DNA of 64,000 nt from Octopus sinensis (taxonomy: Eukaryota): NCBI RefSeq assembly GCF_006345805.1, contig NC_043018.1, forward strand, positions 12,958,001-13,022,000, read 5' to 3'. The translations under genes were made by a program, and so were the position numbers. Within the stretch, counting starts at the first letter, position 1. Every line of letters begins with the position of its first letter. Positions 55,601 through 64,000 of the stretch are shown one piece after another. The notes beneath the pieces are model-generated. The model had not been told where the DNA came from, made no database searches, and was given only the letters and a program-made list of their open reading frames with translations.

Positions 55601-57348
55601 AGCCAAATAGGAATCAATGGGGTCCATAGGCAAAAAATGGTTAAAAACCACTGCCCTAATTTAGCAGATCCTGTCAAAATGTCTGTCGCATGCTATCATG
55701 AAAATCAGATGTTAAAAGACGAGGTTTGGCCAACTGAGCCACCTATTCATTGAATATTCATTCCAGTAGCTAAGTATGTGGCCTTAACTATGTTAACCCT
55801 TTTGTTACCAACTTGACTGAAACCAGCTCTGGCTCTGAGTACAAATGTCTCGTTTTCATTAAGTTTTGAATTAAAATCTTCCACCAAACATCATCATCGT
55901 TTAATGTCCGTTTCCGTGCTAGCACGGGTTGGACAGTTCGACCAGGCTCCAGTCTGATCTAGCAGTGTTTCTACAGCTGGATGCCCTTCCTAACACCAAC
56001 CACTCCATGAGTGTAGTGGGTGCTTTTTACGTGCCACCGGCACAGAAGCCAGTCAAGGCAAGAAGCCAGTCAAACCTTAATCACATTTAATGTTCCTAAC
56101 ACTAGCTGAATGATAACTAAGTTATTTTACTAAATTCTTTGTTATATCTAAAGTAATTGAGAGAAACACAGAAGAGTGTCTCAAAATAAATTTAGTAACG
56201 AAAGGGTTAAGAATCCTTTAAAAAGACCACATTGGATAATGCAGTGGGTAACTCTGCGACCCATTACGATTTACCTCCCAGCCACAAAAACAAAAAAAAA
56301 CCAAGCAAGTGATGTCTCTGGCTGGAATACGTTTGAACATAGGCCTGTAGGACCAGGGGTCATTTAGAGTCAACAACAACAACAGGAAAATGGATGTTAG
56401 AAAAAAATCCAACAAATAAACAAACAAACAAAACTTACCCATTGAAGCCAACATGTTAGCAGTTGCTCTTTGATTATCTTTGAACCACAGTGCTGCCATC
56501 TTTGTAGGAGAGATGAGAATGAATGGCTGAGCACAGGCTGCCAGGGTCTGACCAGTTATTAACACTGGGAAACAGGACCCTGGTGGGATGTAGCAACTGA
56601 CCACTCGGAGAATGGAGCCAAGGCAGTTCAGCAATGCTGAAAGAATAATCTGGATGAGAAAAAAACACAAAACAACATTTTAAATAACTATACAAAAACA
56701 TAGGCACAGGCGTGGAACCATGGTTCCAGGTTCAGTCCCACTGCATGGCACAGGCTATAATCTCAGGCCAACCAAAGCCTTGTCAGTGGATTTGATAGAC
56801 AGAAACTGAAAGAAACCTGTTGTGTGTGTGTGTGTAAGCATTTATTTAGATTTCAATTTCTGATGAAGCAATATGAATTTATTTTATAAATATCCATTAT
56901 GGAAACATATACAAGAGTTAGGTAATTAAAACTTAAATATTATATTAATTACTAGCAGAGATACCCGCTGTTGCTTGGAATTAAAATGGTATAGTGTGTA
57001 TGTATATATGTGTGTATGTATGTATATATATATATATATATACACACACATAGGCGCAGGAGTGGCTGTGTGGTAAGTAGCTTGTTTACCAACCACATGG
57101 TTCCGGGTTCAATACACAGACAAATAGAAAAGGGCATCCCATTCATCTTGAAAAATAGAAATAGAAATATAATTGCAGTGGATACTCACACTAGATCTGA
57201 GACCGACCGAGTCCATAAGCCATATTGCTGCAATTCCAAAAGGCACAGTGGCAATAAGATAGACCAACGACAACCAGTTGACTTGTGTTATGGTGATGTT
57301 AAAGTATCTCGTTGTCACATCAGCAACTGGAGAAAATGTTATCCATAT
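43054..57348 (-). CDS. SLC49A3: MFS transporter SLC49A3/MFSD7-like (FLVCR family); 9 exons found, first coding exon not located
   Basis: complement(join(57190..57348,56439..56649,53307..53383,52363..52497,51081..51197,49214..49366,46964..47121,45484..45605,43054..43238)). All introns are GT-AG with phases 0,1,0,0,0,0,2,1, giving 438 aa. Motifs QVNWLSLVY, GQTLAACAQP, AALWF..QRATAN, NPLG, TPPTASA, FSGLCGALFI and VECTFPV match SLC49A3. Confidence 0.93.
43955..45300 (+). mobile_element. Ty3/Gypsy pol remnant (integrase) with polypurine tract, antisense in last SLC49A3 intron
   Basis: H2C2 (HKGH..CRGC), DDE motifs RLHIDFTG / IVSDNGT / NGLAECFV, several stops; PPT-like AAAAAGAGGAGAGG at 45281-45294. 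Confidence 0.88.
45484..45605 (-). CDS. SLC49A3: SLC49A3 exon (QILGVIF...TLDFT)
   Basis: ttcttag|A CAA ... ACA A|gtgagt. Confidence 0.88.
45686..45905. repeat. inverted repeat, 82-bp arms (2 mismatches), 56-bp spacer, intronic
   Basis: 45686-45767 is the reverse complement of 45824-45905. Confidence 0.95.
46964..47121 (-). CDS. SLC49A3: SLC49A3 exon (VSGFENKE...SGLLVIAG)
   Basis: aattcag|GTT ... GCA GG|gtaagt. Confidence 0.9.
47417..48502 (-). mobile_element. non-autonomous piggyBac deletion derivative (1086 bp)
   Basis: TTAA|CCCTTTCGTTAC...GTAACGAAAGGG|TTAA. ORF 47831..48223 encodes an acidic N-terminus plus FLLF..FEIITAETNRYA, typical of a piggyBac transposase N-terminus. Confidence 0.88.
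49214..49366 (-). CDS. SLC49A3: SLC49A3 exon (RFSGLCGALFIG...ILFSV)
   Basis: attattag|CGT ... GTG|gtaagg; 51 codons. Confidence 0.9.
49424..50320 (+). mobile_element. 5'-truncated R4/Dong-clade non-LTR element (REL endonuclease end) between (TAA)n tracts
   Basis: CRLC..IVSEC knuckle remnant, GPDLAVFDK..IDFTVP..KYQDL..VIGALG; (AAT)n at 49388-49423 and 50303-50320. Confidence 0.8.
50050..50267 (+). mobile_element. solo LTR with 5-bp TSD, nested in the R4/Dong 3' region
   Basis: TGTTG...TAACA termini; CTTTT at 50045-50049 and 50268-50272; TATAAATA inside. Confidence 0.8.
51081..51197 (-). CDS. SLC49A3: SLC49A3 exon (LIRNKSY...CPRGYDN)
   Basis: gtttcag|TTA ... AAT|gtaagt; 39 codons. Confidence 0.9.
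52363..52497 (-). CDS. SLC49A3: SLC49A3 exon (LEIYTIPAVLG...FLVGLKQ)
   Basis: ttcttaag|CTT ... CAG|gtttgg; 45 codons. Confidence 0.9.
52833..53187. mobile_element. head-to-head inverted pair (~165-bp arms, 24-nt loop) of Penelope-like terminal sequences with decayed hammerhead cores
   Basis: 52833-52998 is complementary to 53023-53187. The + arm has CCGATGA(53077)-stem GGATA/TATCC-GAAAC-AGCT-GTA(53116). Confidence 0.7.
53307..53383 (-). CDS. SLC49A3: SLC49A3 exon (ANPLGILVANLVSP...MPLL)
   Basis: ctttcag|CA AAT ... TTG|gtaata. Confidence 0.9.
54272..54520 (-). mobile_element. CR1-type LINE 3' end
   Basis: ...SNIRGHAYKVRKQHSSHDFRKHFFTLRVAEAWNKLP in ORF 54330..54644. Confidence 0.8.
55394..55653. 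mobile_element. hAT (Charlie-like) MITE
   Basis: CAGTGGTTATCAAC...GGTTAAAAACCACTG; degenerate 8-bp flanks CTGTAATC / CCCTAATT. Confidence 0.65.
55797..56206. mobile_element. piggyBac-type MITE with nested SINE C
   Basis: TTAA|CCCTTTTGTTAC...GTAACGAAAGGG|TTAA; the SINE C at about 55890-56070 is flanked by CAAAC. Confidence 0.8.
56439..56649 (-). CDS. SLC49A3: SLC49A3 exon (IILSALLN...ATANMLASM)
   Basis: catccag|ATT ... ATG G|gtaagt. Confidence 0.92.
57190..57348 (-). CDS. SLC49A3: SLC49A3 exon (IWITFSPVAD...DSVGLRSS)
   Basis: ttcctag|ATA ... AGT|gtgagt; 53 codons. Confidence 0.9.
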
Positions 57349-57859
57349 CTAGGAATAGAAAATACAAAATGTTCTGATATTTGTTTATTTTGTAGGAGGA
57401 AAGCAAAAACAAAAGCGGGGGTGGGGGAGCTGAATGCAACCTTGTTGGAAATGTGGAATTTCTCTCGGAATTTCTAAAAGATAAAAAGACGTCCATTCAA
57501 GTTGTAGACTAATTCATTCATTTCTCTGGGCCTCCAGAAATGTCAGTGGTTTGGAAATTTCTTTTTTTTTTTTTGCTAATGTTTAGTCCTAACAGAGGAG
57601 CTAATCAAATGAAATAACAGTTTGAATCGAATCCCAGTTTATTTCACAAAAATTAACAGGTCATCTGATGAATTAAATACAGATCTTCAAAAAGATAAAA
57701 GGGTAAAATATTATATTACTGACTCCAGATATAAAAACTAGGAGTTGCATTATATTTGAGACTCCATTGTTCTTAAGTAGATACAGTTTACACACACACA
57801 CACACACATCTGCACACACACATTCACACACGCACACACATTTGCACAGCTGGACCAGA

Positions 57860-58335
57860 TCATGACAATTACAGAGAGAGTTATAGCTCAACTGATTAGG
57901 AATAAAATTAAGCTAGATGAGATGCAGTTTGGTTTTGTATCAGGGAAGAGTACCACAGATGCCATCTTCCTAGTGAGACAGCTGCAGGAAAAGTATTTGG
58001 CCAAAAGCAAGCCACTGTATTTAGCTTTGATCAAACTGGAGAAAGCTTTCGACAGAATCTCCCCGCTCTGTTATCTGGTGGTCTCTAAGGAAGTTAGAGA
58101 GTAGAAGAGTGGTTTCTTAGAGCCGTACAAGCTACGAATAGTGGTGTTGTCAGTAAGGTGAGAGTCGGTCATGAATACTGTGATGAATTTAGTGTACAAG
58201 TAGGGTTTCAACAGGGTTCAGTTCTCAGCCCACTCTTATTCACCATAATCCTCCAGGTCATAACAGAATTCATAACTGGATGCCCCTGGGAACTAGTATA
58301 TGCTGCTGATCTTGCTCTTATTGCAGAATCTGTAG
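57860..58335 (+). mobile_element. RTE-clade RT fragment
   Basis: QFGFVSGKSTTDAIFLVRQLQEKY..LEKAFDR and VGFQQGSVLSPLLF..GCPWELVYAADL. Confidence 0.85.
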
Positions 58336-59795
58336 CATTCACAAGGCTTTGGTTGGCCTGAGGTTATAGTAGAAGACACTTACCCAAGGTGCCGTGCAGT
58401 GGGACTGAACCTGGAACCATGTGGTTGGTGAGCAAGCTACTTACCATACAGCCACTTCTACGCCTATCCACACAGCCACTCCTATGCTTGACAGGTTTAT
58501 CCAACCCTACCTGGTGCATATCTTTTCAAGTTCCTGATTCTATCTGAAATCCTTATTTTATTATATATACATGTTTGCATGTTTGTGTGCATGGGTGTGT
58601 GTGAGTATGTACACATGGGTGTGTGTACATGGATGTGTGTATGTGTGAATGTGTATGTGTGTCAGTGTGAACATCATGCATTAATTGTAAATGAGTGTTG
58701 GCCATGAGGAAATACGTTATCTGGAAAGAGGTGAAGGTTGGTGGTAGGAAAGGCATCCAGCTGTAGAAAATCTGCTTCAACAAAATTTATCTGACCCATG
58801 CAAGCATTGAAAAGTGGACATTAAAACGATACTGAACACAATTTTATTTTTCAAAACGGTTATTAATTCTCATAAAACAATGCAAGTATATAGCAGTGGC
58901 TGCCTCAACATTATGTAATATTCAGACTTAGTTCCATAAGTAAAATAATGGTTCTGAACATTGGTACAAGGGAACAATTTGGGGCAGATTATATCAATCC
59001 CAGCTACTAAGTATTTCATCGACCTAGGAAAAAAAAAACCCACTCAATTGTATAACAAACTCATTAACTCCATAGCTATGTTGACTTAAGGTTATTAATC
59101 TAGCAACACACTACAAACAGTAGAAACCAGATTCTACAAACTCGTGACTTGATAAATAACCATAACAAAATAAATTAATTTGATAAATGTCAGATAAAAA
59201 GGAACAGGATATTTGTCATTTTTATTTACGTCAAATGTTGAAGAAGGAAGTGAATATGGTACAGTTTATCGAACACTGAAGCTAATCAACAGACTGTGGC
59301 TAATACACAGATTAAAAGGCCACTCAAGTATGGGTTGTCAGGAAATCAAATAGAGTCCAGGGATCTTATTTTCTCAACAAAGGCCAATTAGATAGGCACT
59401 ACCATCATCATGATGACTACATGCAGTTACTCAACCTGCTAGAAACAGAAGCTAAATCTCCCTCAAATTATGCATTATTGTTATAAGAAAGGAAAGGCAC
59501 ATTAGATAGTATAGTTCTAGCAAACAGCACAGGATGGTCACGGCTGGAATACCACTGTTCCTTGCTCAACTCAGTCAATGTCGACTGGGATTGAACAACA
59601 TCGATAAGTCAAGCAAAATATCCTAGACATGGCCACTTGAACTGCTAGAATTAGTAACCAAATCCCCTCATGTCAAATCCTGCTGGCTTAGATAAGGGAT
59701 AAATGAGATAATGTAATCCTAGACATACTCCTAGATAGGTGAGCAAGTCTGGAATGTCTTTAATCATATCACCAATATGACTATGCTATCACTTG

Positions 59796-60600
59796 ACCTG
59801 CTAGAAATAACATCCAAAACTTTCTCAACTCACACCCCAGTGTCTTAAGAAAGATGCATTGGATAATGTGTTGCCCCACTATTCTTTTACTTGCTACAGT
59901 CACTGGACTGCAGCCATGCTGGGGCACTACCTTGATGGGTTTTGTCAAATAAACCAGCCATGGTATGTATTTTAAAGTCTCATGTGTGTTTTATTGGTCT
60001 CTTTGATGAACTGCTAAGATATGGGAATGTAACAGATATACATTCCATACTTATATTACATGCATATATACCAGGCATGTGGCATCAGTAATTACTCAGG
60101 GTAGGCAGTGGGTGACCTTTATGTAGGCAGATTTATTTCTGCCTTTATAGCACATAAAGAAAACTTTGTTGTAGGAATGTACTCAGCTTGTGCACTACGG
60201 CATTTCTATGTTTGGCTTTAACACTGAGATTGAAAGGCAGGGGAAAATTATGCCTAACTAATCTACAAAAAAATATAAATATCTTGTATTTTATGCATAG
60301 TAATCAGAGAAACCTTCATAATTTTATTGAATTAGGTGCATATTTTGCCATAAAAGGAAAATATTACATTCCCATATCTTAGCAGTTCATCAAAGAGACC
60401 AATAAAACACACATGAGACTTTAAAATACATACCATGGCTGGTTTATTTGACAAAACCCATCAAGGTAGTGCCCCAGCATGGCTGCAGTCCAGTGACTGT
60501 AGCAAGTAAAAGAATAGTGGGGCAACACATTATCCAATGCATCTTTCTTAAGACACTGGGGTGTGATTTGAGAAAGTTTTGGCTGTTATTTCTAGCAGGT
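59796..60600. repeat. 237-bp inverted duplication (2 mismatches) around a 331-bp spacer
   Basis: 59796-60032 versus the reverse complement of 60364-60600, compared base by base. Confidence 0.95.
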
Positions 60601-63600
60601 TTTGGAGTGGACCTCTTAACCACAAGCCATGCCTGTGCTTATGGCTTAAGAAACACAGGAGGATCATGACTGGGGCCCCTTTTTACCATAGTCCTGCTAA
60701 ATCAGTACTGACTTGGAGTGTAAACAACTGCAAACCCCTACAAATTCCAGCCTTTTTGTGCAGCATCCACCTATCACCCACCACTGGGAGATGCTACATG
60801 GTTGCTCAAATTGTAGGCAAATTGTTTTCGAATCATATCCTACAATTAAAAAAAAAAAAAGGAAATGATGCTTTATATAATACAATCCTTGACACTATTG
60901 AAAAAAGAAGAGATGGTCATAGATGGGAAGCCTCTTATAAGGGGTTTACTAGGTCCTTGGCTACTAAGCCTCAGACTTTTTATGAATGCACAGCCTTCGT
61001 GTTTTCATCCATCACATCCTCTGTCTCTCATCTTCCAAATCATGTGCTAAATAACTTTGTGTTGTCCATTTTCTACATAACTGGAACATTCTCCTGTCCC
61101 CCCCCCCCACAAATCCACAATAATTCAAACTGAACATTAACTCACAATCTACACTCACTCCAATTACCCTCAAGGGCTATTTAGTAGCTCATCTCTCCTT
61201 TGCAGTCTTACAAATAAATTAAACCACAAAGAGCCTGACCAGCTGCTGTCAGTCAGCATTAAGACCTCGAGTGTTCTTGGACCCTATACTGCTGATTTCC
61301 TCCACAAAATTGGGATAAAAGTGGCCCCTCTGAGAAATGAGAAGGGCTGTGGCAGTGAGTGTCACTGGTCAGTCTCAGCAGCAATGCCTTTGTGATTAGA
61401 TCCACAAGACATGGCTAAACACTCCATCCAAACTGAGGTGGACAACCTGTTACTCTCTCTTGTCATCTTTTGCTGCTCCACTTTTTTTCTTTTTCATTGT
61501 TTCCTTGTTGAAGTAATTCTGGGAGTAATTTTTTTTTACTTGATGATTTAATCTTTTATAATTTTTTCTTTTTTTTCTTCCTGTAAAAGTATGTTGCTAA
61601 ATAAAATTCCATTTTGGTCACAGCCTTGAACCAGTGACCTGTGCTGGTGGCACACAAGGCACCCATGTTGCTGATGTGTGCAAGATACTTGTGCTGCTGA
61701 CACATTGAAGGCACCCGTGCCAACAACACAGAAATGGCACCTGTGCCAGCGACACATAAATAGCACCCATGCCAGTGATACATAAATGTCACACATAAAC
61801 ACCACCCATGCCTGTGTCACCCAAGAGGCCCCCCAGTACATTCTGTGGAGTGGTTGGCATCAAGAAGGGCATCCAGCTGTAAAAACCAAGCCAAAACAAA
61901 CTGGAGCCTGGTGCAGCTCTCCAGCTTACCATCTTCAGTCAAAACGTCTGATTCATGTCAGCATGGAAAATGGATGTTAAATGATGATGATGATAAAGTT
62001 AACATTTTTGAAAATAAAACATTTCTTATTTTCAGCTGTTGTACCTTAACTTAATTTCTTTATAGGACCCTCGGTTTTACAGTGGAGAGGCAGTGGGTAA
62101 TACCTAAGAATAGCAAAGAGGCAAGCAGGCAGAATCAATACAACAAAAGACAAAATGCTACTAAGCATTTTGTCCATCTTTATGTTCTGAGTTCAAATTC
62201 TGCCGAGATCAACTTTGCCTTTCAGGGTCGATTAAATAAGTACCAGTTGAGCATTGGAGGGTTGATGTAATTGACTTAATCCCTCCCTTGAAATTGCTGG
62301 CCTTGTGCCAAAATTTGAAACCAATATCTAAGAATATTAACCAAGTTCTGCTGATGGTTATTTTCCTACAGAACATTCCATGCCATGATTGTAAAATTCT
62401 AAATGCTTGCTTATAACAAATGAATTAATCAGATGAAAATATTTCTTTTGTTGGGAACAAGTGCCTTTTTTGCTTCTTCATTCTTATTTGTATAGTTGAG
62501 CTTTTTATAAACAGATTGTAATACACTAACCCATTTAACTCTCTTATAAGGTTGTGAACCCAACCGTTAGATACTCAGTGAGGCACCCTGAGTAAACAAC
62601 CAGTTTCATGCGATTGATCTACAAATTGATCAATTGGCGTGAAGCTGTGGTGTGATGTGGTTTTCTCAAATGTTCTAAAATTTAACCTCCTAAAAATAGT
62701 TTGGCACTTTAACTAATAGCAGAGTGCTGGAAACAGCTGACTGGTTCACGTGCCTTTTCCCTTTGCCATGCAGATAACTTGGGACATTTGTGCAGACAAT
62801 ACGTGGTTCTGGAACTTATCAATCCGAATATTCACACAATGTTTCATAAATAACTTCTATGGATGTTGTGCGGTTTTTCTCTCTGTCCCATTCGGCAATT
62901 ATTAACATTGTTCACTGTAAATAGCCAACCCCAAATATCATTTATGTCCGGCAATAAATATCAAGTTAACTGTTCTTGAGTTTGTTTCAGTTATTCCACA
63001 CGCAGCTCACCCCAACAAAGACAGGTTCAGCAACGATACATTCTCCGCAGTTCGAGCATACAGCATCCAAGGGTAGAGCAAAAATGCTCCACTTCACAAT
63101 AATTGTGGAGCATCGAAAACACAATGGACTTAGGTGCGCATTCTACGTCAACTCGAATGCACGAAGATCTAATTTATACACATAATATATAAACACAACA
63201 GCATCTACTGCGTGTATTACATAAGAGTGACATGCAAAATGGATTATCTTATGTCACTAGTTGTCTGAATATTATTTCGAGTAGCTTCAGACTTTCATGT
63301 CTGTGCTGATCAAATCCCGATAAATAATTTCTGGGTTTCGCATTCTGGACAAAATCTAAGCTCGTTCCCACCCGAGACCAACACACAAGACAGGTCTGAG
63401 TGCAGGCAGAGCTGCGTGGTTAAACGTTCGGTTCGGCACCACGTGCTTCTATGTTCAATTCCAATGCGTGGAACTTTGGGAAACTGTGATCTAGCTAAAC
63501 TTCAAGTTGGGAGCAGAACTTGGAAAACGGAAACTGTGTGGAAACCTATTGTAAGTTGACGAAATATGTGAAAAGCACCAAAGAACTGCTCCGCCCCTGA

Positions 63601-64000
63601 GTGTCCGGTGCTTTTAGAATGAAGTCCCTTATGATAATTGTTCTATTCCAGCCAGGAGTCATTCTCGTCGTCAAAAATGCAGTGAAACAGCGAACGAGTT
63701 ATTATAATTAATGACACAGCGAACTTATAATTAATGACACAATTGTTCACTAATTGTCACATAAAATGAATAAAAAATATGTACCGGATGGTTCGTTATG
63801 ATTATGTGTGGTGGCTAAATGATGAAGGAGGGGCGTGAGGGGTTTTGTGTGAAGTGGAGAGGGTTCCAATTGTTGATTCGGCCGAGATTGAATTCGATCA
63901 TCGAAGGAAAGTAATTTTTCTTCCTTTTTTTTGGTTTCTGCTTTTTGTCCCATGGACGGCAAAAGTGAAATGCGAAAGAAAACGACTGGCGTCGGTGCGT

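Noticed and set aside
62990-63160. Candidate SLC49A3 first exon (open minus frame ending in gtgagc) and a small ATGCTCCAC/GTGGAGCAT hairpin
   Set aside because: The translation has no resemblance to SLC49 N-termini and no start codon; a 9-bp hairpin is expected by chance.

Overview
AT-rich, microsatellite- and retroposon-dense animal genomic DNA, most likely Octopus (inferred from the SINE and microsatellite landscape), with one 100-N scaffold gap. There are two convergent protein-coding genes. (1) On +, an HR96/NR1J-type nuclear receptor with 3 coding exons (3061-3426, 4778-4895, 7220-8163; about 459 aa from ATG 3109). (2) On -, an SLC49A3/MFSD7-like MFS transporter with 9 phase-consistent exons from 57348 down to 43054; its first coding exon was not found. 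The rest is tRNA-derived SINEs (4 families), fragments of RTE, CR1, R4/Dong, Gypsy, mariner, piggyBac and hAT elements, LTRs (one with a PBS, one solo with a TSD) and a 5.8-kb (CATA/CA)n satellite with a higher-order duplication. The most striking unexplained structure is a set of long inverted repeats. One (16777-16980) contains a complete type I hammerhead ribozyme of the minimal Penelope/retrozyme kind. Another, in an SLC49A3 intron, carries two decayed hammerhead cores. There are also two near-spacerless palindromes and a 99%-identical 237-bp inverted duplication. The very long HTYI/VCMY-type ORFs are microsatellite artefacts. All coordinates were read by hand; exon boundaries were checked for phase, while repeat boundaries are approximate.
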